A program made the translations under genes and the position numbers. Shown here in pieces: positions 19,049 to 29,600 of a stretch of DNA of 64,000 bases. The stretch spans positions 159,033 through 223,032 of IMG/VR virus record IMGVR_UViG_3300011980_000002; one strand, given 5' to 3'. Positions within the stretch are counted from its first letter, which is position 1. Every line of letters starts with the position of its first letter. Source of the DNA: a virus. The notes beneath the pieces were generated by a model. The model saw only the letters and a list, made by a program, of their open reading frames with translations. It was not told where the DNA came from and searched no databases.

Positions 19049-19080
19049 ATATTAAATTTATGAAAGGATAGTTAGTTATA

Positions 19081-21141
19081 ATGGAACCTATCATAAAGCA
19101 TATTTCCACAGAAGAAGAAATGAAGAAGCATATAAAACCATTATATGTAATTCATGATTATATGGATAATGATGAATCATACATAGATTTTCAAGAGTCT
19201 ATGTATGATTTGATTAAAGGATGTTTCGAATATCATAAACTGAGGACTTATCCGATTAATTTTAAATTCTATGAAAGTGATACAAAAGTTCATACATTAG
19301 AACTTAGATTTTTCGTAGTAAATTTATTTTATTGGTATCCTCTTATTAATTTAAACAAGTTTAAAGATGTTATAGATGAGAGTTTTATCATTACTAAATC
19401 TACCGATGTAATTCATATTAATAAGTGGATTGATAATTTAATGATAACCTTATCTGATTATCATGTTAAACCTGTTGTAATAAACAGATACATTTCTACA
19501 GCCTTATATAATATAAGAAGAGTCAATGCAGACTTTTCTGAAATTATGGGACTAAACTTTGATTTAGTAACTATATTTGAAATGTATTGTAATAATAAGA
19601 CGATACATGATTTGATGGAACTAAATATAGATGAGGAAATGCAACCTAATGAAATAGAGGAAATCTTATTAGACGCAGAAGAGAAATTAATTAATGAATT
19701 AATGTCTATTAAGAATAATCCTATCGGGACAATATTAAGAAGTGGAACTGGTATTAAACATAAGCAAGCTGTAGAGTTCTTTATATCTAAAGGACTAATG
19801 CCTACAATAGATGGAACTACTATACCATTACCAATAAAGAATTCTACTTTAATTGGTGGTATTAGTAAAGCTTCTGATTTATATATAGATGGTACAGGTT
19901 CACGAAAGTCATTAATAATGTCTCATACGGTAATGGGTAATGCCGGTCATTTTGGTAAGATGTTAGCCGAATTAGCCAGAACTTTATCATTATCTAAAAG
20001 AGTTGCAGATTGTGGTACTAAGCATAGAGTTAAATACTTTGTAGAAAGTAAGAAATTCTTAAAGAAATTAGATAATAGATATTTCTCATTAACTAAGAAC
20101 GGGGAATTGGAATTACTTAAGGCTAATAAGATGGAATATCTTATTAATAAAGAAATTTATGTAAGATCCCCAGCTACTTGTTGTTTAGAGAATGAAGTAT
20201 GTCCAAGATGTATGGGCAAAATAGCTACATTTAATTTCGATATTGCGGCAGGATTTTGTGCTTTCTTAATTAAAGAAGTTACTAAAGTATTAGAGCAGAA
20301 TATATTATCTACTAAGCATCTACTTACTACAACTTCAGAGAAGATTGAGTTTAATGAAACTTTCCATAAGTATTTCACATTATCATCTAATGAGGTTAAT
20401 ATTAATCTTAATGATAATGAAGAAATTGAATCTATTGAAGATTGGGTAATGATATTAAATAAAGATACTATAGAGAAAGAAGATGATATGGATATGGAAG
20501 AAGGTCTTAATACATATATATCTGATGGTAAATTTACTGTTAAGAATATAAAGACTAATCAGACATTTGAAATATCAGAACTTGGAAAGAAGAATCTTTA
20601 TTTATCAGATGAATTAATAGAATTATTTAAATCTAGTAGTACAATTAAATTCTCAGACTTGGATGAAAGTGCTCCACTATTTATTATTCAGATTTCTAAT
20701 AATGAATTAACAAGACCATTGTATGAAATTATGGATATAATCAATACTAAGAAGAAAACTGACTTTGAAAGAACTATAGATAATATGGCACAAAGATTCG
20801 TTCAGTTATTAATAGAGTCTAAGATTGCTGCTCCTGCGGTATCTGCTGAAGTTATTATTAACAGATTACTTAGACTTCCTGATGATATGTTTAATAGACC
20901 AGATTTCAATTCTGTCAAAATGCCAGATTATACTATTTCAACAAGTATGGCTTCTTTAGAGAGGAATAACTCAGCTAGTGTTGGTTTAGCTTTTCAGTTC
21001 TTAAATAGGCAGTTAACTAACTTAGAGTCTTTCACTAAAAAGAGTTCACCATCATACCTCGACCCGTTATTCAGAGAAGAGGTCTCAACTAAAAAGGTGA
21101 AGAAATTTATGAAATATATCAATAAAAAAGATAGGAAATAA
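19081..21141 (+). CDS. Multisubunit RNA polymerase beta-prime-like subunit, set A, C-terminal half
   Basis: VRSPATCCLENEVCPRCMG is followed by AAGFCAFLIKEVTKVLEQNILSTKHLLTT (compare G.AVG.IAAQSIGEPGTQLTMRTFH). There is no DFDGD loop, so this is only the C-terminal part. Confidence 0.8.
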   Translation: MEPIIKHISTEEEMKKHIKPLYVIHDYMDNDESYIDFQESMYDLIKGCFEYHKLRTYPINFKFYESDTKVHTLELRFFVVNLFYWYPLINLNKFKDVIDESFIITKSTDVIHINKWIDNLMITLSDYHVKPVVINRYISTALYNIRRVNADFSEIMGLNFDLVTIFEMYCNNKTIHDLMELNIDEEMQPNEIEEILLDAEEKLINELMSIKNNPIGTILRSGTGIKHKQAVEFFISKGLMPTIDGTTIPLPIKNSTLIGGISKASDLYIDGTGSRKSLIMSHTVMGNAGHFGKMLAELARTLSLSKRVADCGTKHRVKYFVESKKFLKKLDNRYFSLTKNGELELLKANKMEYLINKEIYVRSPATCCLENEVCPRCMGKIATFNFDIAAGFCAFLIKEVTKVLEQNILSTKHLLTTTSEKIEFNETFHKYFTLSSNEVNINLNDNEEIESIEDWVMILNKDTIEKEDDMDMEEGLNTYISDGKFTVKNIKTNQTFEISELGKKNLYLSDELIELFKSSSTIKFSDLDESAPLFIIQISNNELTRPLYEIMDIINTKKKTDFERTIDNMAQRFVQLLIESKIAAPAVSAEVIINRLLRLPDDMFNRPDFNSVKMPDYTISTSMASLERNNSASVGLAFQFLNRQLTNLESFTKKSSPSYLDPLFREEVSTKKVKKFMKYINKKDRK

Positions 21142-21143
21142 CT

Positions 21144-21668
21144 ATGTTACTTAAAGCGTTATACTCGAACGGACTAACACTATCTATTCAAAATAGTAAT
21201 AAATTTGAATTAGATAGTACCATGTATTTATACATGAATACAATGAGAGATATAATATCTGATATTAGTATCAAAACCAATGGTTTAATATCATTGGTTA
21301 AATTTACAATAAGTGAGGAAATTGGTATTAGTATCAGATATTCTCCAACTAAAAGATTTACTATAGTAATAGGAATAGATAATCTTAAAGAAATAAGTTC
21401 TATGGTTAAAATAGATATTGATTTAATCAATAAGTACTTTACCAATATAATAGATACTCTATTCTCTATAGTATCTCAGAATAAATGTAACGATATTATA
21501 CCAGATGATATGGAAGATGATGAATATACTCTTAAAATAGAAAATGCTATTAAAGAGATGGATAATACCAGTTTCATTATGGCAATGACATTGTTTGGTA
21601 TGATAGTTAATTTTAATAAAGCTATTATTAGTAGTAATGAATTATTAAATCAAAAACTTAAGAAATAA
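21144..21668 (+). CDS. Hypothetical protein
   Basis: 174-aa ORF starting 2 nt after the previous stop. Confidence 0.5.
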   Translation: MLLKALYSNGLTLSIQNSNKFELDSTMYLYMNTMRDIISDISIKTNGLISLVKFTISEEIGISIRYSPTKRFTIVIGIDNLKEISSMVKIDIDLINKYFTNIIDTLFSIVSQNKCNDIIPDDMEDDEYTLKIENAIKEMDNTSFIMAMTLFGMIVNFNKAIISSNELLNQKLKK

Positions 21669-21696
21669 AGATATTACAAGAAAGGAAATAAGAACT

Positions 21697-22275
21697 ATGA
21701 AGAATATAATGACAATGCAGGAAGTACTAGAAGCAATAAGAGCTAAAGCTAAACCTAATAAGGATGGTAGCGAAGGATTTACTTATAATAGATTTAACAA
21801 GAAAAGCTTTGAGAATCTATTAAGGGCAATGCTTAATGATACAGATGTAAAGATAGGTACCATTAAGGTTAAGAATAATGAAGTATCATCTAAAGAAGAT
21901 ATTATGGTTACACAAGAATTTCGTAAGTTCTTACAAAAGATTCTTAGAACTGCCGGAATAGATGCTGAAGACAGTAAAGCTATATTATCTAAAGATTTTA
22001 TAATAGATAATGTGGATGGATTATATGAATTCTTTACCACTGCTATGTATATATACATGGACAATGGTAATAAGTTTGATATGATACCAACTGAAAACTT
22101 CAAAGGAAGTCTGTACATAAATAATGTAGCAGAAACTAAGAAGACTCAGGATGCAAAAAATCCTAAGGACGGAAGTTCATTGGGTACATTTGAAACAACT
22201 AAGAAGACTCATAAGAAGTTATGTGTTAAGAGTAGTTGTCCAAGTTACTTGGTGAATAGAAAGAAGATAAAGTAG
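21697..22275 (+). CDS. Hypothetical protein with basic C-terminus
   Basis: 192-aa ORF with SD AGAAAGGAAA. Followed by the hairpin at 22298. Confidence 0.5.
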   Translation: MKNIMTMQEVLEAIRAKAKPNKDGSEGFTYNRFNKKSFENLLRAMLNDTDVKIGTIKVKNNEVSSKEDIMVTQEFRKFLQKILRTAGIDAEDSKAILSKDFIIDNVDGLYEFFTTAMYIYMDNGNKFDMIPTENFKGSLYINNVAETKKTQDAKNPKDGSSLGTFETTKKTHKKLCVKSSCPSYLVNRKKIK

Positions 22276-22297
22276 TTTTAGCTTTTACAAAATTAAG

Positions 22298-22339
22298 AAT
22301 AATAGATACTAGATTAATTTCTAGTATCTATTATTTTTT
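22298..22339 (+). terminator. Cassette terminator
   Basis: AATAATAGATACTAG / CTAGTATCTATTATT followed by a T-run. Confidence 0.75.
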
Positions 22340-22360
22340 ATCCGTAATTTCTCTTAATAT

Positions 22361-22393
22361 ATATATACTATTTACTTGTAAAATAAATATATT
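22361..22393 (+). promoter_or_regulatory. Early-class promoter-like motif (class 1)
   Basis: ATATATACTATTTACTTGTAAAATAAATATATT, with ATCCGTAATTTC box upstream. Confidence 0.65.
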
Positions 22394-22414
22394 CAATAAA
22401 GGAGAAAAAGAAAT

Positions 22415-22603
22415 ATGTCAGATATAGTAACTGTTATGAGAAAAAGAGAATTAGCAAAGGCTAGTGAGATTTTAAGAAGTTTGGATGAAAGAATTAGTAA
22501 GGACCTCGATGGTGGACATACACCTGAAAGGTATCATGAATGGCTCGATATTGTGGATTTGAAATATATCATAGAGAGTTTAGTAAAACTCGAAGAGTCA
22601 TAA
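22415..22603 (+). CDS. Small early-cassette protein, unknown function
   Basis: 62-aa ORF behind early motif 22361 and the fixed SD. Its own terminator lies at 22609. Confidence 0.55.
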   Translation: MSDIVTVMRKRELAKASEILRSLDERISKDLDGGHTPERYHEWLDIVDLKYIIESLVKLEES

Positions 22604-22608
22604 AAAAT

Positions 22609-22650
22609 AAAACCCTTATAGATATAATTTCTATAAGGGTTTTATTTTTT
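22609..22650. terminator. Bidirectional terminator
   Basis: AAAACCCTTATAG / CTATAAGGGTTTT with flanking A- and T-runs, between convergent genes. Confidence 0.75.
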
Positions 22651-23516
22651 TATTTAACTATAGAAAATATTGATAGGTCTGGGGTTTTTGTATTATATTC
22701 TTTTTTCCATTTACCATTACAATCTACAAAATAATATAAGTTATTATCTATTACAGACTGTATGTAAGCATTAGTAGCCATCTTTCCATCTTCTTTAAGA
22801 TAATATGTACCACTTGATAATTCTAACCATTGGGAAGATAACATATGGCAATTCTTATTATCCATATAATACCAATCATCACCACTCTTAAACCATCCGG
22901 TTATTGTGCATCCATCAGCATCAAATACATACCATAATCCATTTATTTTTTTCCAATTATCTTTAACGATATTTCCATCTTCATCATAGTATATCCACTT
23001 ATCACCAACTTTAGACCATTCTTGATTATGGTTTTCTATACTTGGTGGAGTTTGTAATATTTTATCATATTTTCTCAATTCATATTGGTTTATTATATCT
23101 AAATTCAGTTTAATATATTTACTATCTGTAGCATATCCAGCTTCTTTTAATATTTGTAAATATTCTTCTGGTGTAAATACATTTTTTAGTTTCCTATATC
23201 TTGGTAAGGATATAAAATCAAAATATCCTTTAATACCATCTTCTAAAGTTCTATAAACTCTAAAATTATCTTTAATCGTAGTTTTAACTCCTGGTGTATA
23301 CTCTTCTTTAGTCTTAAGATTAACAGAAGCTCCTGTCCATTTAGAACCAGTCTTCATACCGAAGTAATTATGATAAGAAGCAGCTAATTTGGTATTACCC
23401 CACCCACTCTCTAATATAGCTTGAGAAATAATAACACTTGCTACTTTAATACCATATTTCGGAGCATATATAATTACATATTTAGATATATTATCAATAA
23501 ATTCTTGTTTCGTCAT
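22650..23516 (-). CDS. Endolysin: GH73 N-acetylglucosaminidase domain + CW_binding_1-type cell-wall-binding repeats
   Basis: ISQAILESGWGNTKLAASYHNYFGMK matches the glucosaminidase motif AQAxLESGWG...NLFGIK. The C-terminal half has aromatic repeats (WIYYDEDGN, GLWYVFDADG, DDWYYMDNKN, GTYYLKEDG, NLYYFVDCNG). Confidence 0.85.
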   Translation of the reverse strand: MTKQEFIDNISKYVIIYAPKYGIKVASVIISQAILESGWGNTKLAASYHNYFGMKTGSKWTGASVNLKTKEEYTPGVKTTIKDNFRVYRTLEDGIKGYFDFISLPRYRKLKNVFTPEEYLQILKEAGYATDSKYIKLNLDIINQYELRKYDKILQTPPSIENHNQEWSKVGDKWIYYDEDGNIVKDNWKKINGLWYVFDADGCTITGWFKSGDDWYYMDNKNCHMLSSQWLELSSGTYYLKEDGKMATNAYIQSVIDNNLYYFVDCNGKWKKEYNTKTPDLSIFSIVK

Positions 23517-23600
23517 TACAATATAAATTTCCTTTCATTTTGTTTGATAATTTTTCTATTACTTATGTAAGTGTGATGAATCCCTTAAGAAAATTGACCC

Positions 23601-23617
23601 AAAAAACATATACCTAA
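23601..23617 (+). promoter_or_regulatory. AACA-N6-TA late-type promoter candidate for the giant gene
   Basis: AAAAAACATATACCTAA, 59 nt upstream of ATG 23663. Confidence 0.5.
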
Positions 23618-23662
23618 GCTTATGCTATATAAAATAAAGAAAGGGGGATATAAGAATATTTT

Positions 23663-26600
23663 ATGGCGAGAAATCGAAATGGATCTATATTAAAATCTTT
23701 TTCAAATAATATTCGTAGTAAGTCTAAACAGATATCTACACCATGGTTAAAAAATGCCATGAAAGGTATCGGAGCTGCTGCGAAGGATACGCTAAAAGAT
23801 ATTGCTCCTGTTTTATATGATGCATCTACTACTGCTGGTAAAGCTAGTAAAGATGCAATTACTTTATTGCGTGGTAATACAAATGCTACTGCAATGAATA
23901 AGTTAATATCTAAAAATATATATGTAAGAACTGCCAGAGACATGATCAAATGGACAATGGAAGATTTACGTTCAGGTAAATTATTTAATGAAGATCGTGT
24001 TACCGACATATTAATGGGTGGTGATGGAAGTGGTTCTGCAATGAGTGACCCAGACTCAATGTTTTCAGACTGGGACATGGACGATGATGGAAGTTCCGGT
24101 AATGTCATTATTAATAATAATTCTGATAGTAGTAATGCCGGATTTGCATTAGCAGTTAATGAAGGATTAAGAGAATCTACAATGGCACAACTCAAAGGTC
24201 AACAAGCAATGGTTGATACTATGGTTGCTATTAGTGGAAGTCAAATTCTTCAAAATCAAGAGATAGGTAATCAGATTATTACCCAATTAACTAATGTAAA
24301 TAATAATCTTATTGCTATAAATGAATTTAACAAAACTACTATGACAAGTTTTGTTACAACTGTTACCGCTTATATGGAAAAAATGGGTAAGAAAGCAGAT
24401 GAATATGATTCATCTGAAGAGAAATTTGACCCAGCATCTATATTTAGTGGTGGATTTAATTTAGGTAACTATGGTAAGCATATTAAAAAGAATGTAAAAA
24501 CAGCATTTGAGAATTCTGATATTGGATTTGTTCATAGTTTAGTTAGTGACCCAGAGACGCTTAAACTAATTACAGCTAATCCATTAGGTGCATTAACAAC
24601 TTTAACAATGAAAGCAATGACTCCTAAGTTAATGAAAAAGACTATGAGTCAGATAGATGAAGCTGTTGCGGGATTTATGCCATCGTTATTAATGAGAATA
24701 GGTGAGTTATCTGAATCCAGAGAACTTGGATGGAAAGGTAAACTTAAACGATGGATAGGTGATGTATTTGGATTACAAAATGTATCTAATACTGATAGAA
24801 ATAAATTAAATCCTACTAAAAATATCACTAAAGATGCAGCAGTATTTGATGGTATTACAAGACATACTATTGTAGAAATAATTCCTAAATACTTAAGTGA
24901 ATCTGTATCATATCTTAAAGAATTGGTTCATGTTAATGGTGGTAATGTTGGTAGGGCTATGGGAAGTCGAGAAATCTTCGACTTTAATAAAGGTAGATTT
25001 AGTACCGTAGCTAAATCAAGAAGAGACTTATATGAACAGATAAGAAGTTCAGGTACTGATGTAATTGCTAGTGGTAAATTAGGTAGACATATCGAATCTA
25101 ACAGTGGTGCTGCTTATACTGACAAAGATGGTAAATACGATAATAAAGCATTAGAGCAATGGAATGATATGGTAACCAAATTCTACGATCAATTAGAGCG
25201 TATGAATAAAATGATAGACATGACTAATTTCTCCGAAGATGGAGATATTATGAAAGCTATCAAGGGAACCGGATATGGTGGTAAGATGGCTGAGTTCTTA
25301 AAACAACTCATGATAGAAGCATCTAAAGATACATCTATTACAACTACCGCTAACTCAGATTTCCAAAGAGCAAGATACTCAAGAAAAGCTACCATTAAAG
25401 ATATGAATGAAAATCCGGATTATTATAATCTTAGTGCTGTAGCAAATCTTAGTGAAGATATTGATCAAACAATGGACAGAGTATTTGGTGGTGTATTTGG
25501 TAATCCAAATGAAATCAAACAATCCGGTTCAATGGTTAAAACTTTATCTGATATAAGATATATTCTTAATAGAGGAATTAATGTAAGAATTACTGGGCAT
25601 GGACCATATCAAACATTTACCGGTCAAGAAACTAATATTTCTAGTATCACTAGAGAAAACGCTCCTCAAAGAAATACATCTCCACAATCATCTCAAAATG
25701 ATGAAGACAAAGCTGGTCCAACTAAATTGGAAGAAATGTCTACTGAAGAGATGATAAATCATGTTGCTGAAAATGGTACTTTGTATAACGATGATACTAA
25801 GACTACTAAGAAAGTTAAAGATATAATGCACGCATTACTATTTGGAAATGCTTCAATGGCATTTAGTGGTGTTGCAGATATATTTATTAGTAAGATTAAT
25901 GGTGTTATCGATGTAATAGATAAAGACTTTTTCCAACCAATGAAAGCAAGTTTATTCGGTACTAAAGATGAACAAGGTTATTCTCGTAATGGTGTATTCT
26001 CTGGAATGCAGCAACAGTTTACAGATTACTATAGAAGTATTGTAAGACAGTTTAATGGTAAAGGATATACTGACTCTAAAGGTCAAAAACATGAGGATAT
26101 TACTGACCCAAGTAAATCTGTTGTAGGACAAATTAAAGCTACAGTATCGGATATAAAAGAAACTGTAGTAGATTATGTTTTAGGTCCTAAAGATAGCGAG
26201 ACTGGTAAAAGAGAAAAAGGTATGGGTCTTGTTAATATCTTTAGAGATGGAATTGAAGGATGGGGAAAAGCTATCTTTGGAGAAACTGAAGATGGTAAAC
26301 CTAAATTCGATGCAGAGAAATTTAAAAAAGAAGTAAGTGAAAGAATGCCTAGTGCTGTTACTGGAGCTTTAGGTGGTGCTGTTCTTGGTAGTATGACAAG
26401 TGGAAGTTTACTTGGTTGGTTAGTTGGTGGTCCTGTTACTGGTTCTATATTAGGATTAGCTACTGGATTTGCTTCTAAGAGTAAAAAGTTCCAACAATTC
26501 CTATTTGGTGAAAAAGACGAAGAAGGTAATATTGTCAGAGACAGTGGTATCATCAATAAGAAAATGCAAGACTGGTTCAAGAAGAATAAAGTTCCAATCA

Positions 26601-29600
26601 TAGGTGGAGCAGCAGTTGGAGCTGCGAAATCTGTATTACTTGGTAATGGATTTTTAACAGGAATGGTTGGAAACATCATAGGCGGACCATTAGCTGGAGC
26701 ATTACTTGGTTCTATTGGTGGAATAGCTTTAAGATCTGAAGCTTTTAAAACTTTCTTATTTGGTGATATGGATAAAGTGGATGCACACGGAAATCGTGGA
26801 TGGCATAAGGGAATAATCCCAATGTTTAAAGGTATCTTTAAGAAAAATGATGGTACGACAGATGAAGGTAAATCAATGCTTGGAATGGCTGGTATTGGTG
26901 CTGGAGTTGGTTATTTATCTGCGGCTGTTATTGGTAAGATGGGATTTTTAGGTGCCATGGCAACCCCATTTGGTCCGATTGGTGGTGCTATTGCAGGTTT
27001 AGCATTATCTATTAAAGCATCTCAAGGTGGATTTAGAGAATGGTTATTTGGTAAGGAAAATGAAGATGGAACAAAATCTGCTGGTATATTAGGAAGATTT
27101 GCTAATATGTTAAATGCAGAATTACTTACACCATTTAAACAAGGTGCAATGGAATTTGCATTAGATACTAGAGACTTCTTAATAGATAAGATTATGGCTC
27201 CTATTGAATTTGCTATAGAACCATTTGCAAATGCAATGAAAGACTTAGGTGATAAAATTAAGAAAACCTTTGAGAAAGTTGGTAATTTTATCGTTGATTC
27301 TATAAAAGAACACATGATAAAACCTATAACTGAAACTATTGGTAAGTACATATTATCACCTATAAGAAAAACATTCGGTATATTATTTAAATTAACTACA
27401 GGAATAATTAAATCTATCGTAGCTGCTCCATTTTCTGCTATAGGAATGATGGCTAATTACGGTGAATATAAAGAGCGTAAGCGTAGTAGAAGAATGGCTA
27501 TTGATGATGTCTATGAAGAACAAGGTTTACTTGGTGGATTAATTCATCAAGGTAAGGTTATGCTTAACTATGGTGGAGCTAGAGAAGCTGCTAACTATAA
27601 ACATCATAGATATTCTGACTGGGGTGAGCGTAAGAAACGTTATGAAGCTGATAGATTAAGAAGAGCTGAAGAAAGAAAAACCCAAAAAGAAGAGGGTAGA
27701 AGAAATGTCCGTAATAGGATATTAATGGCTCGTTATTCTGGTGGAGAATTATTAGAAGATAGTGAAGAAAATCGTGCTAGATTAGAGGAGATGCTAAAAA
27801 ATAGTCCTCGTAAGCGTAAACTATTTGGATTATTAGCTGATAAACCTAATTTCAAAGGTGCTGCTACTGAAGAAAATAGATCTACCAAATTAGATAATAG
27901 CAATATTATCAAAAATGCAGATAGTCCAGGTTCTCCAGTAGATGAAAGACAGTTGGGTACTCAGTTAAGTATCTTAGATTTACTTAGAAAGATATTTGGT
28001 CTAAATAAGGATAATAAGAAACTTAAAGGGTCAAGAAAATTTACTGGTGGAAGAAGAACTACAACAGAAGATGGTGAAAATCCAGAGTCTCAAACAGACG
28101 AAGAGGTTATTAACGATGAAGATGAAAATAGACCAGCTCATAAATCTTTATTCCAAAGATTAAGAGAATATAATTATGGTAATTTAAATCCATTCAAGAG
28201 ATTCTTCGGAGATAAAGCAGATAAAGGTGACAGACCTCGTATAAGATATTATGCCGAAGGTGGAGACCATAAAGAAGATGGAATGGCTGTAGTAGGAGAA
28301 GAAGGACCGGAGTTAGTAAGATTAGCTAGAGGTTCTAGGATATTTGGTGGTAGAAAACCATTGCCTGTTACAGTTGTTGATATGAATAGTAAAGCTGTTA
28401 GTAAGTTTAAAGTAGCCACTGCTCCTAAAATATCTGAAGAAGCTGGAGTTACAGTAACCAGAAGAAGTCTCATTGATAAACAGAGAGAAGAGGATAAATC
28501 AGATTACCAGAAACAAAAAGATGCTGGTAAACTTGAGAATATTGAGAAGAGAAAACTCGAAGAAGAAAAGCTTAATATGGAACGAGAAAATCATGACAAT
28601 ATTAAAGCTACAAGAGAAACTCAAGAGAAATTCTCATTAGGATGGGGTAAGATATTCTCTAAAAAAGGAATAATTACTGCTGGATTTATGATACTATTAC
28701 CACTATTAATCAAATGGTTAATGGGAAAAGGTGGTGATGGTGGTGGAATCAGTGGTCCAGATATCGGTAAACAAGTTTTAAACGATTTATCATTCGGACA
28801 AGACCATTTACAAGATGGAAAAAGTACTCCTGAAATGATAAAAGAAACCATGGATGATACTAAGCATCTTTTTAAAGGTGATATATGGAAATGGGTAACA
28901 TCTGATGGTGGATGGGATCATGAAAGCGGTGCTAAACTAAATGCATTAGGGCATATTCCAGTTGCTCTTGGTGGATTATTAAGACCTTTCCTAAAAACTG
29001 GTACTAAACAAAATAAAGCTGTGATGAATTTCATCAATGGTTTTAAGAATAGTAAATTCTTAGGATTTGGTAAAAGACAACTTGGAAGAGCTGGTAGTGC
29101 TATAGGTTCAGGTGCAGGTCGTTTTGGTACAAGAGCATTAGAATACATGGATGAAGCTGGAGCTGGTATTAATCTTGCAGTTAATATGAGAGCTGCTAAT
29201 CCAGGTTCAAGAATGAAAGATGTACTTAAAGATATGAAACTCATTAAACAAGGTGAGGGTTCATATAGAGAAGCATTAGAAACCATGAAAACATTCCAGA
29301 ATTCAGGATACGGAAGTATGGATGAAGCTCTTGGAATGATGGGATATGGTGGAGAAGGATATAAAGTACTTGGAAAAGGTAGTGGTGTCGGAGATGACAT
29401 AGTTAGAAATACAAGAAGAGTAATAGGTCCAAATGCTGCTAAAACCGGTGGTCTCCGTGAAACAATGATGCGTCAGAAAGAAATGGCTAGATTAGCTAAA
29501 AACGAAACTAGTGTTGGTAATAAATACTTGGCTAGTTTAGCTGATGATGGCGATGAACTTGCTAAATTATTAGGTGATACATCTGGAGCAACTAACTCTG

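Noticed and set aside
22540-22734. 64-aa + strand ORF spanning the end of 22415..22603 and the endolysin 3' end.
   Set aside because: It reads straight through the bidirectional terminator 22609-22650 and overlaps two better-supported genes.
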